Shown here: positions 24,222 to 32,000 of the stretch, one piece after another
Numbering within the stretch: position 1 is the first letter of the stretch
Layout of the letters: the number at the start of each line of letters is the position of its first letter
Origin: Okeania sp.
GTDB lineage: Bacteria > Cyanobacteriota > Cyanobacteriia > Cyanobacteriales > Microcoleaceae
DNA length: 32,000 nucleotides
NCBI RefSeq assembly: GCF_035285525.1
Contig: NZ_JAYKGW010000039.1
Coordinates: 1-32,000 of the forward strand
Direction: 5' to 3'
Translations under genes and position numbers: made by a program
Notes under the pieces: generated by a model
What the model saw: only the letters and a program-made list of their open reading frames with translations
What the model was told of the DNA's origin: nothing
The model's database searches: none

Positions 24222-26174
24222 TCAAATTTTCAGAATCCCTTCTGGATTTACTGATAATAATTTTCGCTTTTGTAAACCTTCTTTTGAAATAATTTCATTT
24301 GCTGCTAATAATCCACTACTAACTGCTCTTTCCATTAAACCACAAGGAAAGGGCATTTTTACCCAATCTCCAGCAAACATTAAGTTAGAAATACCACTAT
24401 TAGTTTCGGGACGTTCCTGATAACTACCTGGAGGATAAGCGGAAAAGTTTTTCTGATTTACTAACTCTCTATGCAACAAGTTAGCATCTTTTAATTCCGG
24501 TACAACTTCATATAATTCTTCTGTAAAAGTTTTCAGTAATTTTTCTTGAGTAGGAAATTGTTTTTCTTTATAACAATAAGCGTGTAATTCCACTACACTA
24601 CCACCGGTTTTTTCATGCCATTCAATAAATTGTTCTTGAATGCGATGATAGAGAGTAATACTATCAGTTAATTCATAGCCAGATAGAGAAGTAAAGTTGC
24701 TATGTTGCCATGCAAAATCTCGGTCAAACCAAAAACGACAGACTGCAAAAGGGTCAGCTATATCTAATTTTTGAATCTGAGATTTAACATTTTGATTTAC
24801 TTCCCCTTCCATTAAATTAAATAAGTTTTTAACTCCGGGAACATCTGTAGCTAAAACATAATAATCTGCTGTAATTTCTGTAGAAATAATTTCTGAGTTA
24901 TTTTCCATTATGCCAACTAATTTAACTTCATTTTCTTGATTTTCAGTAATTTTATAACGGGATAAATCTCGTTTTGCCGGACCTGCTAATACTTTTCCAT
25001 TTCTATCATAAACTGCCCCGTGACAAGGACAGTAAAATTTGCCATCTTCCGCTAATTCCACAGTACAACCTTGATGAGTACAAGTTAGAGAAATAGCTTC
25101 ATTTTCATCAGAATTAGGTTTAATAGCAAAGAGGCGATCGCTCGAACCAAAATATTTAACTTCCCGATTATTAATTTCCAAATTACGTTCTACCCAAAAA
25201 GGAATTAAATTTTTTATTTCTCCTAACTGATAACTAATTGAACTAATTTTATTGTCTTGCCAATTAATGTTACTAACCCCAACATCAGTGAAAATTTTAC
25301 CTCCTTGATTCTGAATTTCTTGAGCAATAGGTTGTACTAAACTGGTACCCATATCTTGTCTTGTACCATTAAAAGCTAAACCTTCTGGATTGCCAAAAAA
25401 ATAGAAGTGAAAAAACTGCATTAATTCGGCAACACTCAATTTATCTGGAGCATTCAGACTAGATTTAGTAAAAGGTAAAAAATACAAATCGTACAATCCT
25501 TGAGGGAAATCTTTTTCCACCCATTCCGCTACAGATAAATTGTCAAGTTGCTGATAAGTTTTCTCTACTTGAAAGCCACCTATAGCTCGAAAAACTTCCC
25601 AATGTTTAGGTTTAATTAAATTAATTCCCCATCTCAATCTATTAGGAGAAGAAATTCCTAAATCTACTATATTCCAAGGAAAAGCAGAACTGTTAGGACG
25701 AAAAATTTCTGGTTGATATTTTCCTTCTTTAAACACCAAAGAATAAAATTCTAAAGATTGAAAATTATTGGTAATATTTAGTTCTTCTACCAAACTATTC
25801 AGATTATAATATTGAGGGAAAAAACCATGAAAACCATGTTCCATCATAAATTTTTCTCCCTCCACATCAACAGACCAACTAGCAATTTTACCTCCTAGTT
25901 GTGGAGATTTTTCTAATAAAGTAACCGTAAAACCTCGCTGACTAAGTTCATAAGCACAAGCTAATCCTGCTAATCCAGCGCCAATTACTACTACACTTTT
26001 AGATTTGTTTAAATATTTTGGTAAATCTAGATTATTTTGATTAAAAACTGTTGGTTTAGGTTTATAAAATCGAGAATAACCGAGTAAGCTAGTAGCAGCT
26101 CCAATAGTTAATAATTTGAGAATTGTTCGTCGTGAAACTGATGGAAATGAGTTGAGATTAGTTGATTGATTCAT
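24222..26174 (-). CDS. FAD-dependent oxidoreductase (amine-oxidase/phytoene-desaturase-like fold) with a twin-arginine signal and an inserted b6f/bc1-type Rieske [2Fe-2S] domain
   Basis: The Tat-like motif is SRRTILKLLTIGAATSLL (RR at 26127-26132). The dinucleotide fold is VVVIGAGLAGLACAYELSQRGFTVTLLEKSPQLGGK. The Rieske motif CTHQGCTVELAEDGKFYCPCHGAVYD lies in an insert at about 24900-25202. The C-terminus carries the FAGDW motif. Confidence 0.85.
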   Translation of the reverse strand: MNQSTNLNSFPSVSRRTILKLLTIGAATSLLGYSRFYKPKPTVFNQNNLDLPKYLNKSKSVVVIGAGLAGLACAYELSQRGFTVTLLEKSPQLGGKIASWSVDVEGEKFMMEHGFHGFFPQYYNLNSLVEELNITNNFQSLEFYSLVFKEGKYQPEIFRPNSSAFPWNIVDLGISSPNRLRWGINLIKPKHWEVFRAIGGFQVEKTYQQLDNLSVAEWVEKDFPQGLYDLYFLPFTKSSLNAPDKLSVAELMQFFHFYFFGNPEGLAFNGTRQDMGTSLVQPIAQEIQNQGGKIFTDVGVSNINWQDNKISSISYQLGEIKNLIPFWVERNLEINNREVKYFGSSDRLFAIKPNSDENEAISLTCTHQGCTVELAEDGKFYCPCHGAVYDRNGKVLAGPAKRDLSRYKITENQENEVKLVGIMENNSEIISTEITADYYVLATDVPGVKNLFNLMEGEVNQNVKSQIQKLDIADPFAVCRFWFDRDFAWQHSNFTSLSGYELTDSITLYHRIQEQFIEWHEKTGGSVVELHAYCYKEKQFPTQEKLLKTFTEELYEVVPELKDANLLHRELVNQKNFSAYPPGSYQERPETNSGISNLMFAGDWVKMPFPCGLMERAVSSGLLAANEIISKEGLQKRKLLSVNPEGILKI

Positions 26175-26300
26175 CAGTAAGAATTTGATTACTTTGGGAA
26201 TTTTTAATTTGGCTGATTAAAGCTCTGCTATATTGTAGTTGGGTAAATAATTTTTGGCTATGAAAATATATAATGTTTAAGGTTTTCTCAACTTTTTGGT

Positions 26301-26340
26301 TAATCCCCCCAAACCCCCCTTTGAAAGGGGGGCTTCAGAA
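26301..26340. repeat. Solitary variant of the CCCCCTTTGAAAGGGGG hairpin repeat
   Basis: The sequence is TAATCCCCCCAAACCCCCCTTTGAAAGGGGGGCTTCAGAA. Confidence 0.8.
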
Positions 26341-26406
26341 TTTAGGTTGATGTTATAAGTTTATTAAAATGATAGAATATTATATTGTTTTGAATCTTCA
26401 TTATTA

Positions 26407-26751
26407 AAAATGGAATTATGTAGGTTGGGTTGAAGAATGAAACCCAACACAAATAGCTAACATTTTGCTAGTCAATGTGATGAGTAATTTGAAATTAATT
26501 ATATTGATTAGTAAATGATGAATATCCAGGAAATAGACGGCAAATATAATTCTTAACTATTGACATAAATATTGACTCTAAATATTCTTTACTTCCTACC
26601 TCAAAACTCAGCTCCATAATATTTTTTCAGATCTGAAAATAATTAGCGATCACTTATAAAAAATAGAATTATGTAGGTTGGGTTGAAGAATGAAACCCAA
26701 CACATATAGCTAACATTTTGCTAGTCAATGTGATGGGTAATTTGAAATTAA
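26407..26751. repeat. Two direct copies of about 93 bp (26407-26499 and 26659-26751) containing a GTAGGTTGGGTT half-element
   Basis: AAAAT(G/A)GAATTATGTAGGTTGGGTTGAAGAATGAAACCCAACACA(A/T)ATAGCTAACATTTTGCTAGTCAATGTGATG(A/G)GTAATTTGAAATTAA occurs twice, 252 bp apart. Confidence 0.85.
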
Positions 26752-26993
26752 AAATATGTAAGCATTCAGCTATTAGCAACTCAGCAGTCAGCTTTGAGTT
26801 TTTTTAATGAATCAAAGTAAACTAAGCACTCTTTTAACTTCTACTTTTCAACGATATATCTGAGTTGTTAAACCATATAATTTATCGCCGGAAATTATAT
26901 AAATGTGTCTCAAAAGCTGATAGCTGATAGCTGAGTGCTGTTTGCACAGCATTCCGCAGGAAATGCTTACTAAATTTTATTCTATCTGGTTCA

Positions 26994-27467
26994 TCAAGAC
27001 AAAACTTTCGATAGTAAAATTGTCAATGATACTATGATAATTAAACCACTACATCCACTTATAATATTCATCCAATTAGTCTTACTATTAAAAAATTCTC
27101 CTGTAACCATTCCCAGACAGATTAACCATCCTATTAAAGCAAATATTTTCCAGATAACAGAATTTATTAGTATCGAGATTATTGCTGCGGGAAGAACAAC
27201 TAAAACTAAAGCAAATGTTGCCAGATAAATTATAGAAAAAATAGTAGATATGATTCGAGAAACCTGCTTAACTTGCACCAATTTTAACTGGATAGAATCT
27301 ACATCTATTGAAGCATTTTTATCCACCTTGAAATTTAATTGGAATTGTTTTTCTGTAGAAGTAGATGATGCTTCTAGTAAGGATTTTTGAGCTAATATTT
27401 GATTAATTAAACCAAAAAATAGGGTTTCTTCTTCTTTTGTCAATCCTTCAATTAGTGAGTTGTTCAT
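26994..27467 (-). CDS. Hypothetical membrane protein (157 aa)
   Basis: The N-terminal half is soluble. The C-terminal half has about 3 hydrophobic segments (IISTIFSIIYLATFALVLVVLPAAIISILI, IFALIGWLICLGMV, GLIIIVSLTILL). Confidence 0.6.
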   Translation of the reverse strand: MNNSLIEGLTKEEETLFFGLINQILAQKSLLEASSTSTEKQFQLNFKVDKNASIDVDSIQLKLVQVKQVSRIISTIFSIIYLATFALVLVVLPAAIISILINSVIWKIFALIGWLICLGMVTGEFFNSKTNWMNIISGCSGLIIIVSLTILLSKVLS

Positions 27468-28270
27468 TTTATTATGCCTAATGTAAAAGCCATGCAGTAT
27501 TATAGCATTGAGACAAATATTTACTGTAAATATTTTTTACTTTCTACCTCTCTACTCAGCTCCATAATATTTTTTATGTCTCAAAATAATTAGCGATCGC
27601 CTGCAAATTTTCCCAACAAATAATTTTTATTTAGCTATTAACTCCCTAGCAATAAGTATTCAGCTATTAACATAATTTATGTAATTAATTTCTATAGGTA
27701 GTTAATAAAATATTTGATAATTAACAAAAGATTTGATTTTTTGACTTGAGTTGTTCTGAATCATTAATTATAGTTGTTTAACTTAAAAATAAGATGTTTT
27801 TTTATCTAAAACTTCGTCATAGCAAGAAAGCTTTGTCTCAATCTAAAGTTAAATGACTATATATATAGCAATCCTATTTTATTTGTGTATAAAAATTTTA
27901 CTGCTTTTCGGGAATAGGTAATGGGTAAGAGTTTAGGAATTTATTTCTGGTTTTTTGAATTGTTACAATCAATTTAGGATTCCTATAAAAGGGTTAGGGA
28001 GGTTAGATGCAACCTAAGGATTCAGCTATTAGCTATCAGCAATAAAAACATCAACTTTAAGAAGGATATTTAAACGAATATATATATGCTGGAAAACAGA
28101 ATTTTGTACTCAGAAAAATTTCTGATTTATCGGGAACCGTATCATAAAGCTTTTAGTTTTAGATAAAAGCAATAGCTGACTTCTGAATACTTACGATGCA
28201 ACCTCCCTTCGTAGTTTATATCAAAAAAAACAAAACAATGAACAAGCAAAATGTCTGTGCTACTAAACTA

Positions 28271-28978
28271 TTAAAACTTATAATTTTGCTCTTTTATCCA
28301 CAAACTTAAAGGTACAGCTTTTCCTTGAGAATTAACTTTTACTTCTACCACAAAAGGGATGTCTTCTTCTGAATTAATACTACGTTGTACTTCTTGAATA
28401 TTTTGATTAATTTTTTCTCGTCTATTCTCTGGCATATAATAAGTTTCTAAACCGTATATAACTCTCCAACCATCAAATTTTCCTTGAATAGCTATTTGAT
28501 TATCTGGTAAATTTTCTGGCATTTTTGCACTTACTGCCACAGGTTGCCAAACTTTCGGAATATCTGAATTTTCTATTTTTTTAGGAGCAGCTAAAGTTAC
28601 ATAAATATTAGTTTGATTATTTGCATAAAATCTGCTAGAAGTTTCTAATTCAAATTGATTCCAACCTGGAAGTTTACTTAAATTATCTTTGCTGGAAATG
28701 TCATAACTTAATACTTGATAATAACCGCGCAAAAAGTCATAAGGATCTACAGGTGCAGTTTGTAAAATAACTGTTTTACCTGTAATGTGAGTATAAATAG
28801 CTTGAGCAGGAACTGACAAAATTAATGTTAATTGCAAACTTAAAGGCAAAAGAAATCGCCAGATAGGTATTTGTTTTGTGAGAGATTTCTTTTCATTAAT
28901 AGGTAAGTTTATCTCTTGAGTATTATCTTGATTTTTAGTTGATAAATTGTTTTGACTAAAAGGGTTAGAAAATTTCAT
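28271..28978 (-). CDS. GDYXXLXY-domain membrane-anchored protein
   Basis: I prefer the ATG at 28976-28978 (MKFSNPF...). The longer ORF-track start at 29137 would translate purine-rich repeats. There is one TM segment (IWRFLLPLSLQLTLILSV) and the motif DPYDFLRGYYQVLSY. Confidence 0.75.
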   Translation of the reverse strand: MKFSNPFSQNNLSTKNQDNTQEINLPINEKKSLTKQIPIWRFLLPLSLQLTLILSVPAQAIYTHITGKTVILQTAPVDPYDFLRGYYQVLSYDISSKDNLSKLPGWNQFELETSSRFYANNQTNIYVTLAAPKKIENSDIPKVWQPVAVSAKMPENLPDNQIAIQGKFDGWRVIYGLETYYMPENRREKINQNIQEVQRSINSEEDIPFVVEVKVNSQGKAVPLSLWIKEQNYKF

Positions 28979-29056
28979 TTTAGTATCTCCTGTGTTAAGA
29001 AGGAAGAAGGAAAAAGGAAGAAGGAAGAAGGAAGAAAATAATAGATAATTGATAAT

Positions 29057-29180
29057 TATAGCAATCCTAAATAGGTTGTAAAATTTTATCGTAGGGGTTT
29101 GGTATCCAAACCCAAGCGTCAGGGATTTAGGGAGCAAACCCCTAAAGTTTTTTTCTCACGAATAATTTCAAATCGCTCTA
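29057..29180. mobile_element. GTAGGGGTTTGG-family MITE, inverted relative to the copies at 13192-13432
   Basis: TATAGCAATCCTAAATAGGTTGTAAAATTTTATCGTAGGGGTTTGG... is the reverse complement of the ...CCCCTACGATAAAATCTTACAACCTATTTAGCATTGCTATA end seen at 13395-13432. Confidence 0.8.
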
Positions 29181-29493
29181 ATTATCCATTAGAGATATAC
29201 CAATCCTATTTTATTTGTGTCAAAAATATTCAGGACTTAGGGAAAGATACTATATATAGAATATAGAGTTTAAAAACTATAGCGCTAAGGGGTTTGGATA
29301 CCAAACCCCTACAGTTTTTTTTGAGGAATGATTTCACATTGCTCTAATGGATAATTTTAGACATATAGCAATCATATTTTATTTGTGTCAAAAATTTAGT
29401 TGCTTTGGGGTAAAAGGTGAGAGTTTAGGAGTTGATTTCTAGTTTTTGAATTGTGACAACATAAGCACAGATTGCTATAGTTTTCATTATCAA

Positions 29494-30888
29494 TTATTTA
29501 TTATCAATTGATAAATGACGTTCGTACCACAAACCAGCAACTATTACTCCTACACCACATAAAATAAGTACAAAAGACTTCAGTAATAATCCAGTATTGT
29601 ACTCAAAAGTACGACTAACAATTTGTAAAGTTAGCAACACTAAACCACCCCAAAAAGTACCTCTATTTCCTCTTGCTAATCCAATTCTAATTAAACCTGC
29701 TGCCAAGAGAAACATTTCTATATTAATAATAAAAGTGGCTATTTCTGGAATTTCATTAATACTCAAATGCCAAAAACATAATATGGCTGTCACTACAATC
29801 AAACCTAAAACTATACCACTAACTAAATCTAATCGCCAACTTTGAGAATCTCTTTGATTTGGTCTTGCTAAAAACAACCATTCCGTAACAGTTAATCCGA
29901 CAAATATTAAAACTTCAGCTAAAGTTAACCATTGAACTTCTAATGATTCCCCGAAATAATATTCTAATGAAAAGTTCTGCCAAAATCCTCGAAAAGATAT
30001 CAAGAAAAATCCAATACTCAAATACCAAATAGCTAAATTTCTGGCTAGAGGTTGAAAAATTCTGCTATCTATTTTAGGCAAAATAATATCATCATAACCC
30101 CACAATAATGCTGGAGGTAAAACTAAAGCGATCGCTCCCCATAAACCATGATTTGATAAATTAAAAACTAGGAATAAACTAATCTCTAAAGCTATCAGTA
30201 TTATCAATATAGATAGAAAGAAAATTATTCGGGAATTGCGCAAATAAGCCAGGGGAATAAATAACAATACTCCCACCAAAGACATATATTCTATGATGAA
30301 CTGTAACCAAGAAAATTCTCCTGGGGAAAATACAGTTGATAACCCCATAAAATAGCCTAATCCTATCAAGAGAATAGCCATAATTCCCAGAGAAGTTATT
30401 TGTAAACTATAAGCCATTACTAAAACTCCTAATCCCCAAACAATATATAATCCGTAGGGAGAACCACCAATATGAAACATTTGAGCCATTAGTGCTATAT
30501 TTGCGCCTAAAATTAAGGCTCCAAATATTAATAATCCATGACCTAATTTTGGTTTTTTATTAGTAGTATTAAGTAGAGTATTTTGCTGTCGCCATAGATA
30601 AAAACCAACCGTATTAACTCCAATAAATAAAGTTAATAATAGTAATGTTTTTACTTCTCGCGACCACTCTTGCCAGTTAGCAGAAACAAAAGTAATTATA
30701 CCTAGTCCTAGAAGCATACTACCTAGAGAAATTAAGATAGTAATAAAACGAGAACTAGCAGCCTTTTCTAAACAATCAAATTGGTAACGTTCTGATAGTT
30801 GTTGATACAAAATATCATCAATTAATCCTTCTGTTTGCCATAGTTTCGTTTCTTTACGGAGCTGGCGACGAAACTTTTCTGTAATCAT
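29494..30888 (-). CDS. DUF2157-type polytopic membrane protein (the usual partner of GDYXXLXY proteins)
   Basis: The N-terminus is FRRQLRKETKLWQTEGLIDDILYQQLSERYQF, followed by at least 10 hydrophobic segments. The protein is 464 aa. Confidence 0.75.
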   Translation of the reverse strand: MITEKFRRQLRKETKLWQTEGLIDDILYQQLSERYQFDCLEKAASSRFITILISLGSMLLGLGIITFVSANWQEWSREVKTLLLLTLFIGVNTVGFYLWRQQNTLLNTTNKKPKLGHGLLIFGALILGANIALMAQMFHIGGSPYGLYIVWGLGVLVMAYSLQITSLGIMAILLIGLGYFMGLSTVFSPGEFSWLQFIIEYMSLVGVLLFIPLAYLRNSRIIFFLSILIILIALEISLFLVFNLSNHGLWGAIALVLPPALLWGYDDIILPKIDSRIFQPLARNLAIWYLSIGFFLISFRGFWQNFSLEYYFGESLEVQWLTLAEVLIFVGLTVTEWLFLARPNQRDSQSWRLDLVSGIVLGLIVVTAILCFWHLSINEIPEIATFIINIEMFLLAAGLIRIGLARGNRGTFWGGLVLLTLQIVSRTFEYNTGLLLKSFVLILCGVGVIVAGLWYERHLSIDNK

Positions 30889-30941
30889 TTTATTTTTAGA
30901 ATAAGTTAGGAATTTACAGCAAATTTTAGGTATACAGGGAA

Positions 30942-31118
30942 TAGGGAATACTTAACTGGGAATAGGGAATAGGGAATACAGAAATAGGAGAAAAATCAAA
31001 TAGGGAATACTTAACTGGGAATAGGGAATAGGGAATACAGAAATAGGAGAAAAATCAAATAGAGAACACTTAACTGGGAATAGGGAATAGGGAATAGAGA
31101 AATAGGAGAAAAATAAAA
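30942..31118. repeat. Tandem 59-bp repeat x3 built from GGGAATA heptamers, 54 bp upstream of the DUF2157 start
   Basis: Units starting TAGGGAATACTTAACTGGGAATAGGGAATAGGGAATACAGAAATAGGAGAAAAATCAAA begin at 30942, 31001 and 31060. Confidence 0.9.
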
Positions 31119-31525
31119 TATAGATGTACCTTATGACTGTGGGAAACACTATATCGCTGTATATAAGTTATTGTAGCAATTAAAAATTTTAACTTAAATT
31201 CATAGATGCCAGTTGCAAAATTGCCACATTTATCTAATTTTATTCTTGAAAAAACCGGGTTGATTTTATAGTAAGCATTTAGCAATCAGCTATCAGCTAT
31301 CAGCTATTATTCTTGGTCTGGGATAAAAGCTTTATTTAAACTCTTTCCTTAAGAAATATTATTAAGGTAAATGTATAAGCTTTTCAGATTACAAAAATGC
31401 TAGAAAAATCCTGAAATAAACCGTATTGAGGTACTGATAACTGATAACTGAAATAACCCGGTTTTTGACTTTTTTTTAGGAGAAAATAAGTACCCTAATT
31501 TAACAATTAACAATCCCATTTTTAA

Positions 31526-32000
31526 TCATGCTTCAGGATTTAATGGTTTTCCTGAACCTTCATAATTTTCATCTCCTCCTACTCCTAACTGTTGACGACC
31601 ATTCCGAATTACCTGAAGCATATCCGTTAACTGTTGTTCAATAGTATTAAGTACATGATCTGCATAGTCATCAGCACCATTCTGAATTTCATCAGATTCG
31701 GCGATCGCTCTAGCTCTCATTTCTTCTAATTCTTGTTGAGCTTGATAACGAATTTGTTCAATTTCAGCAATAGTAGCTTGTTGAATAGCTTCACAGTCTA
31801 GCTGCACCTGGTTTCTCAGTTGGTCTGCTTCCTGTTTAGCTTGCTGTACAAGGCCCATTTCATTTAAAAGTTGGGAAGCTCGTTGTTCAGCATTTTCGAT
31901 AATTTCTTCTGCATAAAGTTCAGCTTCTTGCAAAATTTCATCCTTATGTCGGACAATCATTTCTGCTTCTTGAAAAGCAACTGGTAAATTCAGACGTACT
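31526..32000 (-). CDS. Coiled-coil protein (DivIVA-like or ATP-synthase-b-like helical protein); the 5' end is probably beyond the window
   Basis: The reading frame stays open upstream of the listed ATG to the window edge (...VRLNLPVAFQEAEMIVRHKDEILQEAELYAEEII...). The sequence is rich in Q, E and A heptads. Confidence 0.65.
   Translation of the reverse strand, partial: VRLNLPVAFQEAEMIVRHKDEILQEAELYAEEIIENAEQRASQLLNEMGLVQQAKQEADQLRNQVQLDCEAIQQATIAEIEQIRYQAQQELEEMRARAIAESDEIQNGADDYADHVLNTIEQQLTDMLQVIRNGRQQLGVGGDENYEGSGKPLNPEA

Noticed and set aside
30952-31285. Two ORFs (30952..31149 and 31070..31285) lie upstream of the DUF2157 gene.
   Set aside because: They translate the GGGAATA heptamer/59-bp tandem repeat (FPIPYSLFPIPS...), so they are a repeat artefact.
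1-32000. I looked for tRNA, rRNA, tmRNA, transposase, integrase and CRISPR-cas genes.
   Set aside because: I saw no T-loop or anticodon-arm-like tRNA signatures, no rRNA-like conserved blocks, no transposase or recombinase ORFs and no spaced repeats. Small RNAs cannot be excluded by eye.

Overview
The window is an AT-rich stretch of a filamentous (Nostocales-type) cyanobacterial genome. The lineage call rests on sequence features only: HIP1 octamers GCGATCGC (e.g. 1275-1282, 3647-3654, 3668-3675), heptameric STRR-type repeats (CAGTTAT, CAGCTAT, GGGAATA), xisH/xisI genes and a Ser/Thr-kinase/His-kinase hybrid.

Coding content, all called from motifs read by eye with no database search:
- two RTX-type calcium-binding repeat proteins, one of them a beta-helix protein of about 793 aa
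- a Rieske non-heme-iron oxygenase
- an 1808-aa kinase/P-loop NTPase/GAF/histidine-kinase signalling protein
- several uncharacterised membrane or secreted proteins
- an addiction/nuclease cluster at about 15.9-24.2 kb, described below
- a Tat-signal FAD oxidoreductase with an embedded b6f-type Rieske domain
- a GDYXXLXY/DUF2157 membrane gene pair
- a partial coiled-coil (DivIVA-like) gene at the right edge

The 15.9-24.2 kb cluster holds a ParE/RelE toxin-antitoxin pair, a UPF0175 antitoxin whose PIN toxin was destroyed by a MITE, and three overlapping xisH-xisI pairs. It also holds a TPR-CHAT protease gene carrying three single-nucleotide lesions and a Uma2 nuclease.

Nearly every intergenic region is packed with MITE-like palindromic elements and tandem repeats. 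I found no tRNA, rRNA, CRISPR array, transposase or recombinase gene.

The best candidate for something not yet understood is the xisH-xisI cassette array. The cassettes have conserved ends and diverged cores, are bracketed by an expanding 38-bp hairpin repeat, and sit among TA and nuclease genes with no recombinase nearby.
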